From Desulfobacterales bacterium (lineage in GTDB: Bacteria > Desulfobacterota > Desulfobacteria > Desulfobacterales > JAHEIW01): a stretch of 41,966 bases of DNA. This document shows positions 11,090 through 20,444 of this stretch, one piece after another. Every line of letters starts with the position of its first letter. The first letter of the stretch is position 1. Location of the stretch: the NCBI GenBank assembly GCA_050122495.1, contig JASFIU010000003.1, positions 1 through 41,966 of the forward strand. The letters are read 5' to 3'. Made by a program: the position numbers and the translations under genes. The notes beneath the pieces were generated by a model. It saw only the letters and a list, made by a program, of their open reading frames with translations, did not search any database and was not told the origin of the DNA.

Positions 11090-11102
11090 TATCAATTGGT
11101 TA
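11090..11102 (+). promoter_or_regulatory. IHF binding site
   Basis: TATCAATTGGTTA matches WATCAANNNNTTR, preceded by an AT tract and lying between the upstream sites and the sigma54 promoter. Confidence 0.65.
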
Positions 11103-11131
11103 TATAAACTTTTATTTCCCATCTTTAATTA

Positions 11132-11146
11132 TGGCACGCGAATTGC
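11132..11146 (+). promoter_or_regulatory. Sigma54 -24/-12 promoter of the ZraP-like gene
   Basis: TGGCACGCGAATTGC equals the consensus TGGCACG-N4-TTGC. Confidence 0.9.
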
Positions 11147-11264
11147 CGTATAAGTATGGCAAAATTAATGCCTAAATCATCAATTCCAATAACGAATAAC
11201 CAATAACAAATAGCGATCCAAAATTTCTCCAGAAATTTTGGATTCACAAAACGGAGGTAAAAAA

Positions 11265-11798
11265 ATGAGTTTTAGCAAAACAGGTAAGATTTTTATGGTA
11301 GTGGCAATCGTAGCGGTCCTTGGGATCGCGGTTACATCCTTCGCCGGCTGGGGCAGAGGACATTGGGGTTCTGGATATCACATGGGCCCGGGTTATGGAA
11401 TGCATCGCGGCTGGACGGACGGCCCCCGCGGTTATGGCGGCCGTGGATATCAGAGTGATCTGAGCGAGGAAGACCTGGCCAAACTGAACAAAGAGCGCCA
11501 GGCCTTTTTCGAAGATACCAGTGACCTCAGGGAACAGCTTTATCAAAAAGAACTCGAGTTAAGAAGCGAGCTTGCCAAACCGGAACCTGATGCCAAAAAA
11601 GCTGCCGGATTGCAGGCGGAAATCTCCAGTCTTGAAAGCCAGCTGGATCAAAAACGTCTTGAGCAGCGCATCAAGATGAGAAAGGATTTTCCCCGGTCCG
11701 GATACATGGGCCAAGGCTACGGTCCCCGGGGAAAGGGCCGCGGAATGTACGGTGGCGGCGGTTATGGTAGAGGCGGCGGCGGAGGCTGCTGGTATTAA
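11265..11798 (+). CDS. zraP: Periplasmic ZraP/Spy/CpxP-family protein
   Basis: GGAGG RBS before ATG 11265, signal peptide, Gly/His/Met-rich termini, helical core LSEEDLAKL...LREQLYQKELEL; divergent from zraSR. Confidence 0.8.
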   Translation: MSFSKTGKIFMVVAIVAVLGIAVTSFAGWGRGHWGSGYHMGPGYGMHRGWTDGPRGYGGRGYQSDLSEEDLAKLNKERQAFFEDTSDLREQLYQKELELRSELAKPEPDAKKAAGLQAEISSLESQLDQKRLEQRIKMRKDFPRSGYMGQGYGPRGKGRGMYGGGGYGRGGGGGCWY

Positions 11799-11828
11799 AA
11801 TCAAAATCTAATAATAATCAAATCAAAA

Positions 11829-11858
11829 GGGGGGCATTTTGCCCCCTCATTTTTTTTT
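11829..11858 (+). terminator. Intrinsic terminator
   Basis: GGGGGCA-TTT-TGCCCCC followed by a T run. Confidence 0.8.
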
Positions 11859-12342
11859 CTGCGGTCCTATCATCCTAATTATTATGGTATTCACCGCAAC
11901 TCATCCAGGATTGGGAAATTTCCCGTGGATACCGATCACCTGACTTAATAATATTTCATTCTTGACTCAGCTCTATATTTTCATTAATTACCTATTTATC
12001 CAAGAGGCTTTCATTTTTACCCCAAAAAAAAACACATGCGCCTTGAGAAAAGTCTCAGGCTCATTTTTGCAATAAACGTTTCTTTAATACTCCTTCCTTT
12101 TTTATAACGGCAACTCTGCAATCGCTTAACTAAGGCCTTTTTAAAGTTATCGAATGGCGGCCTGAGTAATACCTTTATCTTAACCGACTAAAAGGGATGA
12201 AAGGAGGTGATGGCAGCATAGGAATAATGGCGGTTTGTGGGATAAATATATTACCCTAAAACACTTAGACAGTAGGAGGTGATTGAGGATAAAAAGATTT
12301 TTATTTTTCAATTGTGACAACATTATTAAAAAGGAGGTCAAA

Positions 12343-13641
12343 ATGAAAAAGAAAATCTTAGCCGCAACAATCTTTGCAATTTTTTCAATGGCGCTGTTGC
12401 TACCGATTTTTGCCGGCGAAGCGCAGGCCGCAGAAAAAGTCGGCTGGGTCGGTCCGGTTTACACGGAGTTAGCCGAGAGTCTGAACAGGGGATTTACAGC
12501 CTACTATAAGAAGACCTATGGTAAGGATATAGAGATTACCTTCGTGAAGCCGGGCGGTTGGCCAGTTTGCCTGGACAAAGTGAGACTATGGGGCGGCAAA
12601 CCGGATGCCGACATCTTCCTGGGTGCCGGCGCTCCCGCGCATGAAATCGCGAAGAAAGAAGGATTGATCGTACCTTACCGGCCAAAGGATTGGGATAAAG
12701 TCCCCGCCAAATGGGGCGGTATGAAGGTAAAAGATGCAGATGATTATTGGACCTGTTTTGCGCCCTGGATCGTCACCAACCTATACAATGAGAAGGTTTT
12801 GAAAAAGCTTAGGCTGCCGCCGCCGAAAACATGGAACGATTTACTCAATCCCATCTACAGGGGAAACGTCGTGCATACCCTTCCGTACGCCTCCGGCACC
12901 ATGCATGAAACCGTAGAAATTCTCATACAGGCATTTGGGGAACAGGAGGCCTGGAAATATCTCAGATTATTGGCGGCACAGCTGGCACGCTTCTCCACCG
13001 GCAGCACCGATACGACTCAATTAACGAGCCGCGGAGAGGCGCCCATCGGGATCGCGCAGCCACAAATGAACGCGATGGCTGCGCGCAAAGATGGCTATCC
13101 CGTGCGTGATTTGCTCCCGGAAAAAACGATTCTGGTTCCGGAGGCCGTGGCCTTGTTGAAAGGCGCGCCCAACGAGGCTAACGGAAAAATCTTTCTCGAC
13201 TGGCTGTTCAGCATGGACGGACAAAAATATGTACTGGAAGGCCGATACTTTGCAGCCAGGACGGACATTAAATTCTCCGTATGGGAAAAAGAGGGCGTCG
13301 AAATGGCCAAGCACGCCACGAAGGCGCTAGGCGTTGATTCGTTCTGGGATCTGAAGGTCGGGTTTATTGAATACGATTTGGATCTTGCGGCCAAAAGATG
13401 GGACGACGTCAACAAGAAATACGAATACGAGATCTACCGCAAGTGGGGCGAGTTGAAAAGCAGTCTGTTCCTGATCGAAGAGGTCGAGGGCGAAATTGCC
13501 GCCGCCAAAGACCAAAAGATGGATGTCGCCAAAGCGGATGCCAAAATAAAAGAAGCCCGCAAGCTCTTTGAGATAGATGGCAACTATGCCGCCGCCCGCT
13601 TGGCTGCATCAAAGGCCCGCGCTCTGCTGGTCTCGCCGTAA
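12343..13641 (+). CDS. ABC transporter substrate-binding protein (FbpA/AfuA-like) with C-terminal helical extension
   Basis: AAGGAGG RBS before ATG 12343, signal peptide, ADIFLG, PKTWNDLLNP, ALLKGAPNEANGKIFLDWLFSMDGQ. Confidence 0.9.
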   Translation: MKKKILAATIFAIFSMALLLPIFAGEAQAAEKVGWVGPVYTELAESLNRGFTAYYKKTYGKDIEITFVKPGGWPVCLDKVRLWGGKPDADIFLGAGAPAHEIAKKEGLIVPYRPKDWDKVPAKWGGMKVKDADDYWTCFAPWIVTNLYNEKVLKKLRLPPPKTWNDLLNPIYRGNVVHTLPYASGTMHETVEILIQAFGEQEAWKYLRLLAAQLARFSTGSTDTTQLTSRGEAPIGIAQPQMNAMAARKDGYPVRDLLPEKTILVPEAVALLKGAPNEANGKIFLDWLFSMDGQKYVLEGRYFAARTDIKFSVWEKEGVEMAKHATKALGVDSFWDLKVGFIEYDLDLAAKRWDDVNKKYEYEIYRKWGELKSSLFLIEEVEGEIAAAKDQKMDVAKADAKIKEARKLFEIDGNYAAARLAASKARALLVSP

Positions 13642-13649
13642 CTTCAAAC

Positions 13650-13782
13650 TTGATTGGGTTTTCCAAACCGAGTGCTTAGCACCCGGTTCCACCCGCAACG
13701 ATTGGGTCGCTTCGCGCACCTATCTTTTACCGCCTATGGCGGTAAAATCCAAGCCACCCACTTTGCGGGTGGTCGTTGACTC
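13650..13782 (-). mobile_element. Non-autonomous IS200/IS605-end-like (PATE/omegaRNA-like) element, copy 1
   Basis: Minus strand begins GTCAACGACCACCCGCAAAGTGGGTGGCTTG; multiple hairpins; repeated at 22738-22884. Confidence 0.6.
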
Positions 13783-13825
13783 TCTGCTTTTTGGTGCAGA
13801 AATTCTCAAATTGGTTTAATTATTT

Positions 13826-13856
13826 ACTCCTCCCCCCCTTTTATGGGGGGAGGGGT
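13826..13856. repeat. GC-rich REP-like hairpin between SBP and permease genes
   Basis: ACTCCTCCCCCC-CTTTTAT-GGGGGGAGGGGT. Confidence 0.55.
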
Positions 13857-13984
13857 TAAACCATTGTTGTTGACCTATACACCCATTTCTTCTTGCAGGT
13901 TAACAAAGAAACAAACCAGCAACATTTACCCCTGTCCGATGGGCAAGATATTCCAAAATATTATCTTAATGCAAAGGATCTGAT

Positions 13985-15661
13985 ATGTCGCGCGGCAACA
14001 TCTCTCTGGCAGCATTCCTGTGGCTGATCATTGCCTTTTTCGTTCTTTATCCGCTGTCATTCCTGGTGCTGGAAAGTTTCAAAATCTCTGGGACCGACAA
14101 CTGGGGTATCCAAAATTATTTGGAATTCTTCCAGGACACTTATTATCTTAAAACCTTTGGAAATACCTTGCTCCTGAGCACGCTGGTGCTTGTGACGACC
14201 ACCATATTCGGGGTGCCTCTGGCGTACATTCTAGCGAGATACAGACACAGGGGTAAGACCGTCTTTACGGCCCTGATCCTTTTGCCGATTGTTTTGCCCG
14301 CTTTTGCCGGCGTATTTGCATTCATCATCTTTTTTGGCAAGTATGGTACTCTGAATCTGCTTCTGATGGATATGGGATTGATCGAGAAACCCATAAACTT
14401 CATTTTCGGTTTACATGGACTGGTATTTATTCAAGCCTTACATATGCTGCCGTTTATCGTGCTCGGACTTTCGGCCGGCTTTACCAACATCGACCCCTCC
14501 TTTGAAGAAGCCGCCGAGGTCGAGGGCGCCAGCGGCTTTCGGAGATTTTTCACCGTCTCGCTGCCGCTTTGCACGCCCAGTTATCTGGCGGGGGCAGTGC
14601 TTGTATTCCTATGGCCTTTTACTGACTGGCTCACGCCATTGATCTTGGGACAGCATGACTTGCTCCCATCGGTTTCGTACATTAACATCGCCTATCACTT
14701 TACCGATATGCACCGCAAATACATGGGCATCGTGGCGGTGGTCGTTTCTGCCGTTGTTTGCATTTCCCTCTTTTTGCTCGCCAGGTGGTGGGTTGAGAAG
14801 AAAAAGTATACCGGTCTCTCAAAAGGAACAACCTCGGAAGGCAGGGTGATAGAGCCCGGCGCGCTGGTGAAATCGAGCGCGTATGTGTACATGATTTTTA
14901 TCGCCATCCTCGTACTGCTGATACCGATCGTGCTGGGGTTAGCCGCTTTTTCCAGAAGATGGACCCTTGAAGTATTTCCAACTTATTGGACTCTCGAAAA
15001 TTTCAGGCTCATCCTACTGGAAACCCCGGGCCTGATAGCGAACTCTTTCAAGTTCAGCGGGATCGCGCTAATTTTCGGGATCGCCTTTGGACTTCCGGTC
15101 GCCTATCTAATTGTTCGCACCCGTGTCCCGGGAAAAGATGCGCTCGACTTTGTGATCACGCTGATGCTCGCGTTTCCGGGTATCGCGATTGGTGTGAGCT
15201 ATATGCTGGCATTTTGGAAAGGTATACCCTTAGCCCATCATTGGATCATTATGTCTATAGCCCTGTTTTCCCGGCGGCTCCCGTATTTTTTGCGAATGGC
15301 GCATTCTTCCTATTTGCAGTTGGATCCTTCGCTCGAGGAGGCCTCAGAGGTATCGGGCGCCGGTAAAATTAGAACATTTTTCAATATATCATTGCCGTTG
15401 CTGCTCAAAGGGGTGCTGGTGGGTGTGGTGATGTTCTTCATCATGGCGTTCCAGGAGATCTCTACTGCTGTGTTTCTCTATAAAGGGGGATGGGAAACCT
15501 TGCCCATTGGAATCTATTTGAACTGGCATCGCGGTATGGAATTCGGAAATGCCGCTGCCATGGCTTTTTTAATGATTGTAATCACCTTTATCCTGCTGCT
15601 GATTATATCGAGAATCAGCGGAGGCGTCCTCAAAGCCGCCTGGGGGTCAGGGGAACAATAA
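13985..15661 (+). CDS. ABC transporter permease, FbpB/AfuB-type (two fused TMDs)
   Basis: Two EAA motifs (FEEAAEVEGAS; LEEASEVSGAG), about 12 TM helices. Confidence 0.93.
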   Translation: MSRGNISLAAFLWLIIAFFVLYPLSFLVLESFKISGTDNWGIQNYLEFFQDTYYLKTFGNTLLLSTLVLVTTTIFGVPLAYILARYRHRGKTVFTALILLPIVLPAFAGVFAFIIFFGKYGTLNLLLMDMGLIEKPINFIFGLHGLVFIQALHMLPFIVLGLSAGFTNIDPSFEEAAEVEGASGFRRFFTVSLPLCTPSYLAGAVLVFLWPFTDWLTPLILGQHDLLPSVSYINIAYHFTDMHRKYMGIVAVVVSAVVCISLFLLARWWVEKKKYTGLSKGTTSEGRVIEPGALVKSSAYVYMIFIAILVLLIPIVLGLAAFSRRWTLEVFPTYWTLENFRLILLETPGLIANSFKFSGIALIFGIAFGLPVAYLIVRTRVPGKDALDFVITLMLAFPGIAIGVSYMLAFWKGIPLAHHWIIMSIALFSRRLPYFLRMAHSSYLQLDPSLEEASEVSGAGKIRTFFNISLPLLLKGVLVGVVMFFIMAFQEISTAVFLYKGGWETLPIGIYLNWHRGMEFGNAAAMAFLMIVITFILLLIISRISGGVLKAAWGSGEQ

Positions 15662-15662
15662 T

Positions 15663-15774
15663 GGTGTCAGGTGTCCGTGTTCAGGTGTCAGGATTGCGAC
15701 ATTGAATGCGTCAAGAGCCATCAGGTCTGCATTCTGTCATCTTTTCCTGACACCTGAACCGCGTCTAGCGGAAC
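15663..15774. repeat. Palindromic heptamer-armed repeat (GGTGTCA / TGACACC)
   Basis: GGTGTCAGGTGTCCGTGTTCAGGTGTCAGG ... CCTGACACCTGAA, capped by CCGCGTCTAGCGG; same family as 18638-18759. Confidence 0.7.
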
Positions 15775-15804
15775 TTTTGACGACTGTACAAGGAGACAAA
15801 CTGA

Positions 15805-16887
15805 ATGGCATTTATTGAGATCCAAAACCTGTTCAAGCGCTTTAAGGATGTAGTGGCCATTAATCGCATTCAGCTTGAAGTCAACAAAGGGGAAATGCTG
15901 ACCCTGCTGGGACCCAGCGGGTGCGGTAAAACAACTACCCTGCGCTGCATCGCCGGATTGGAGAAACCGGAAGAGGGCGACATTATTATTGACGGCCAGC
16001 CGATGCTTTCACAGGGATTTGTCCCGTCGTCCAAAAGAGGCATCGGTATGGTATTCCAAAACTATGCCGTCTGGCCGCACATGAAGGTATTCAGTAACAT
16101 TGTTTACGGCTTGAAAATTAAGAAGATACCCAAACCAAAAATCCGGGAACAGGCCAAGCAGGTATTGGAACTGGTGGGTTTGGCCGGTTTGGAGGACAGA
16201 TATCCGGCTCAATTGAGCGGCGGCCAGCAGCAGCGGGTGGCGCTTGCGCGGGCGCTGGTGACCAATCCCAAAGTACTGCTATTGGATGAACCGCTCAGCA
16301 ACCTGGATGCCAAGCTCAGAGAAGAATTGAGATTTGAAATCAAAAGCCTCGTCAGACGCATGGGCATCACGGCGGTTTACGTCACCCACGACCAGGCCGA
16401 AGCCATGGTGATCTCGGACCGCATTGCCGTTATGGATTCAGGCAACGTCGTGCAAATCGGTAATCCCCAGGAGATTTATAAAAAGCCCGCCAATCGTTTT
16501 GTGGCTGATTTTATCGGCACTATGAATTTCATGTCCGGCGAGATCGTCGAAGTTTTGGAAGACCGCAACGCGGTTTCGGTACGCACCGAATTCAGCGACA
16601 AGATGGTATGTATGTCGCCGGACAGCACCGCCGCAACACCCGGCAAAGCAGTGTATGCATCCATACGACCTGAGGATGTACAGGTGTCTGCAGAATCCCC
16701 TCAAGCCACTGAAAACGTGTTCAAGGGCAAGATCGTCCACAAGGCTTATTTGGGGAACTTTCTGTTCTATTTTGTCAGCGTAAATGACACCATGATCCGG
16801 GTACAGGCACCCCATCACCTGCCGCAAGAAGAGGGACAGGAACTTTACCTGTTGCTGGATCCGCAAAAATGTGTAGTCCTGTCTTGA
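15805..16887 (+). CDS. ABC transporter ATP-binding protein, FbpC/PotA-type with TOBE domain
   Basis: GPSGCGKTT, LSGGQQQR, LLLDEP, VTHDQ, C-terminal TOBE domain. Confidence 0.95.
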   Translation: MAFIEIQNLFKRFKDVVAINRIQLEVNKGEMLTLLGPSGCGKTTTLRCIAGLEKPEEGDIIIDGQPMLSQGFVPSSKRGIGMVFQNYAVWPHMKVFSNIVYGLKIKKIPKPKIREQAKQVLELVGLAGLEDRYPAQLSGGQQQRVALARALVTNPKVLLLDEPLSNLDAKLREELRFEIKSLVRRMGITAVYVTHDQAEAMVISDRIAVMDSGNVVQIGNPQEIYKKPANRFVADFIGTMNFMSGEIVEVLEDRNAVSVRTEFSDKMVCMSPDSTAATPGKAVYASIRPEDVQVSAESPQATENVFKGKIVHKAYLGNFLFYFVSVNDTMIRVQAPHHLPQEEGQELYLLLDPQKCVVLS

Positions 16888-17076
16888 TCTTACACATCAT
16901 TTAAGGCAAGAAACAACCGACAGCAAAGGTAGAATTGCCATACAAGCGGCAGCCCATCATCCGATTCAATCGTCTTCTATTTATGATTAACGCACATCCT
17001 TTTGACAAGGAAACCGGAAATGTGATTGAATGAGAAGGATTTAGTATCCTCAAAGAACCTTCCAAACAACAAAACG

Positions 17077-18627
17077 ATGCCCTCTTTAAGAACTCAGGTT
17101 TTAATCATCGGAGGCGGGGTTACGGGAGCCGGTCTAGCCCGGGACCTGGCTTTGCGCGGTGTAAACTGTATCCTCGTCGAACAGGGTGACATCAACGCCG
17201 GGGCTTCCGGTGCCAATCATGGTCTGCTGCACAGCGGAGCCCGCTATGTTTCCTCTGATCCGGGCAGTGCCGCGGAATGTCATACGGAAGGAACGCTTTT
17301 AAAAAAACTGGCGCCCCATTGTATAGAAGATACCGGAGGTCTGTTTGTGGCGGTTGAAGGCGATGATGAAAAATACGTGGCCGATTTTCCCGACTTGTGT
17401 GCCCGTTGCAATATCCCGGCACAGGCATTGGACGTCAAAGAGGCGCGCGAACTTGAACCGGCTCTTTCAGAAAAATTGATCGCCGCCTATACGGTAGGAG
17501 ATGCCTCCATCGATCCGTTTAAACTTTCAATGGAAAACATAGCCCAGGCCCAGGCCCTGGGTAGTAGCCTGCTGCGATTTACTAAAGTGGTCGGGTTCGA
17601 GAAAAATAATAAAAAAATCCAGGCAACCCGCTTGCACAATCTTACGACCGGCGAAGAATTTAAGATTGAGTCCGAACAGGTGGTCAACGCCACCGGTGCC
17701 TGGGCCGGCATGATTGCCGGGCTGGCAGGGGCTGAGATCGATATTATTAATTCCAAGGGAAGTCTGATCATCACCCACAATCGAATTACGGATCGGGTAG
17801 TAAACCGCATGCGCCCTTCCGCCAATGCCGATATTTTGGTTCCGGGGGGTACGGTATCCATTCTGGGGACCACTTCTATCCGCATAGACAGCATGGACCA
17901 GGTGTATCCCTCGGTGGAGGAGGTCGACGCAATGGTGGGTGAAGCGACCAGGATGATACCGGCTCTGGAAACGACTCGTTACATTCGGGCGTATGCGGGC
18001 GTCAGACCGCTGGTTGGGTCGAAGTCTGCATCCGACGACCGCGATGTCAGCCGGGGATTTGCACTTGTCGATCATGTTGAAGATGGTCTCGAGAACTTTG
18101 TTACGATTTCCGGCGGCAAGCTGACCACCTATCGGTTGATGGCCGAAAAAACAGCCGATCTGGTCTGTAGTCGCCTAGGTGTTTCCAAACCCTGTTTAAC
18201 CGGGACCGAACCCCTTCCGGAAACCCAACCCGCAAGATGGACCGAACCCGGGCTGGCGTCAAAACTGTGGCTGGCGCAACATGATCCGCAGGACATTTTG
18301 CTGTGCGAATGTGAAATGGTGCCCAAAAGCGCCGTGGATGCCCTTGTGGATTCCATTCAGAAGCAGGAAGGGCAGCCGGATCTCAACGCCATCGCCCTGC
18401 GCAGCCGAATCGGTAAAGGTGCATGCCAGGGAACGTTTTGCAGTGTCCGTGTGACCGCCTATTTATATGACCAGGGCGAATTGCAAACGGAGCAGTGCCT
18501 AACCAATCTCAAAGCGTTTCTCAGCAGGCGTTGGAGCGGGCAACACCCTACGCTCTGGGACAAACAGCTTGTGCAGTCGGAGTTGTTGGAAGCGTTGCAT
18601 TGCGGGTTGTTTGGGTTGGAGCTATAG
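17077..18627 (+). CDS. glpA: Anaerobic glycerol-3-phosphate dehydrogenase subunit A (TTG 17026 is an alternative start)
   Basis: IIGGGVTG FAD motif, NHGLLHSGARY, GGKLTTYRLMAE, C-terminal CECE...GACQGTFC [2Fe-2S] BFD-like domain. Confidence 0.93.
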   Translation: MPSLRTQVLIIGGGVTGAGLARDLALRGVNCILVEQGDINAGASGANHGLLHSGARYVSSDPGSAAECHTEGTLLKKLAPHCIEDTGGLFVAVEGDDEKYVADFPDLCARCNIPAQALDVKEARELEPALSEKLIAAYTVGDASIDPFKLSMENIAQAQALGSSLLRFTKVVGFEKNNKKIQATRLHNLTTGEEFKIESEQVVNATGAWAGMIAGLAGAEIDIINSKGSLIITHNRITDRVVNRMRPSANADILVPGGTVSILGTTSIRIDSMDQVYPSVEEVDAMVGEATRMIPALETTRYIRAYAGVRPLVGSKSASDDRDVSRGFALVDHVEDGLENFVTISGGKLTTYRLMAEKTADLVCSRLGVSKPCLTGTEPLPETQPARWTEPGLASKLWLAQHDPQDILLCECEMVPKSAVDALVDSIQKQEGQPDLNAIALRSRIGKGACQGTFCSVRVTAYLYDQGELQTEQCLTNLKAFLSRRWSGQHPTLWDKQLVQSELLEALHCGLFGLEL

Positions 18628-18637
18628 CCTAACGGCA

Positions 18638-18759
18638 GGTTTCAGGTGTCGGGTGTCAGGATGATGAACCCGCTGAAATTAAATAGTATCAGATTTCACA
18701 TTATGTCATCTTTTTCTGAAACCTGAAACCTGAAACCTGAACCGCCCACAGCGGAACCT
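18638..18759. repeat. Palindromic heptamer-armed repeat (AGGTTTC / GAAACCT)
   Basis: AGGTTTCAGGTGTCGGGTGTCAGGATG ... CTGAAACCTGAAACCTGAAACCTGAA-CCGCCCACAGCGG. Confidence 0.7.
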
Positions 18760-18785
18760 TTTTTATGTAAGGATAGATCACCTCA

Positions 18786-20072
18786 ATGAACGACATAGAA
18801 CCGCTCAAGTGTGACCTGTGCGTAATTGGCAGCGGCCTGGCGGGTATGGCGGCGACCCTTTTTGCCGTTACAAGAGGTCTGTCCGTTGCGCAGGCCGGTC
18901 ATACCGGTGAAATTATCTTTGCCAGTGGGTTGCTGGATCTGATGGGCGTGCACCCGGTCGCTGAAAAGCGGCTCTGGAGCGATCCCTGGGCCGCCTTAGA
19001 TGCGATCAAACGGGATATTCCCGATCACCCGTATGCGCGCTTAAAAAAAGATGATATCATGGCCGCCTTCGATGAAATCTTGGCCTTTTTGGAGGGGGCC
19101 GGTCTTACCTATCATAGACAAAGGGATCGTAACAGCGATGTGCTGACCGCACTGGGCACCATCAAACAGACCTACTGTGTCCCCCATACTATGTGGAACG
19201 GGGTTCGGGCACTGGAAGAAAAACCGGCTGGTCTAATAATTGATATTCGGGGCTTGAAAGGATTCAGCGCAAGTCAAATTGTGGGCGCCTTACAAAATGA
19301 ATGGTCTGATTTACGTTCCGCGCGGATCTCATTTCCGGGTAGCGACCATTTAAGCGAGGTATATGCGGAACATATGGCCAATGCTTTACTGCTGCCTCAC
19401 AATCGCGAGAAACTTGCAGAGGTCTTATGTCCCCTTGTTGAAAAATCAAAAATTGTGGGACTGCCGGCTGTTTTAGGGCTTTATCGAACGCATGAGGTCC
19501 TCTCCCACTTGGAGGAGTTGATCGGTGTGCCGATCTTTGAAATTCCCACCATCCCCCCGTCGGTTCCCGGACTGCGGCTCAAGGAAGCATTTGAAAGGGG
19601 GTTGCGTTTGAAGGGTGTTCACTATTTTTCTTTGAAGCGCGCTTTACAGGTGCGGCAACCGGTAGGTGGGCATTTTGAAACCCATATCGGCCTGAACGAT
19701 GTCGAACACATCATTCACTCCAGGGGAATCCTTCTGGCAAGTGGACGATTCATCGGAGGCGGATTGTATGCTGACCGCAAGTGCATTCGCGAAACAATCT
19801 TTGGCCTACCGGTTTACCAGCCCGACAGCAGGGCAGAGTGGCATCGCCGCGATTTTCTGGATCCCCGCGGACATCTGATTAATCAGTGCGGCCTCGAAAT
19901 TGATGAGAAATTTCGTCCCCTAAACGATTCCCGCCAGCCAGCTTTCGAATCGCTTTTTGCGGCCGGTTCCATTCTGGCGCACAATGATTGGAAACGCATG
20001 AAATGCGGTGCCGGCCTTGCCATCGCCACCGCTTTCGGGGCGATCAACTCTTTTATCCCGCTCTGTAAGTGA
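18786..20072 (+). CDS. glpB: Anaerobic glycerol-3-phosphate dehydrogenase subunit B
   Basis: VIGSGLAG, SGLLDL, EIPTIPPSVPGLRL, LASGRFIGGGL, GAGLAIATA; follows glpA. Confidence 0.92.
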   Translation: MNDIEPLKCDLCVIGSGLAGMAATLFAVTRGLSVAQAGHTGEIIFASGLLDLMGVHPVAEKRLWSDPWAALDAIKRDIPDHPYARLKKDDIMAAFDEILAFLEGAGLTYHRQRDRNSDVLTALGTIKQTYCVPHTMWNGVRALEEKPAGLIIDIRGLKGFSASQIVGALQNEWSDLRSARISFPGSDHLSEVYAEHMANALLLPHNREKLAEVLCPLVEKSKIVGLPAVLGLYRTHEVLSHLEELIGVPIFEIPTIPPSVPGLRLKEAFERGLRLKGVHYFSLKRALQVRQPVGGHFETHIGLNDVEHIIHSRGILLASGRFIGGGLYADRKCIRETIFGLPVYQPDSRAEWHRRDFLDPRGHLINQCGLEIDEKFRPLNDSRQPAFESLFAAGSILAHNDWKRMKCGAGLAIATAFGAINSFIPLCK

Positions 20073-20121
20073 TTTCCATTAATACGTCCATCCTTCGCAG
20101 ACACAAAAATCCAATATTGCT

Positions 20122-20138
20122 CTAACATTTTTCTAACC
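20122..20138 (+). promoter_or_regulatory. Pho-box-like direct repeat
   Basis: CTAACA-N5-CTAACC (11-bp period). Confidence 0.4.
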
Positions 20139-20255
20139 ATTCAGGTTTATTGTCTCTTCACAATGCGCTGGTTGCCCAAAGGCTCTCGAACTGAAACACC
20201 AACAAAAACAAGCAATCCATACCTTTATTATTTCGGAGTAGACACGGACGATGTG

Positions 20256-20444
20256 ATGGCATCTATTTTACGACACTATGAATTCAAACATCTTGGCGAA
20301 ACTAAGTGGCAAAAGGTTTCCGAGAAAACAGTTATGGAAAAATTAGTCGATAACTTTGATCCGGTTACACCCATACTTTCCAGGATACTCAGAGGCGAGG
20401 AAATCATTACCATCCAGGGTATATATCGGAAAATTCACCGTTAA
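20256..20444 (+). CDS. Small hypothetical protein (62 aa)
   Basis: ATG at 20256 within ORF 20163-20444; protein-like composition. Confidence 0.55.
   Translation: MASILRHYEFKHLGETKWQKVSEKTVMEKLVDNFDPVTPILSRILRGEEIITIQGIYRKIHR

Noticed and set aside
13577-13819. ORFs sharing MAVKSKPP..RVVVDS (also 22742-22993)
   Set aside because: The shared peptide is just translation of the repeated non-coding element.
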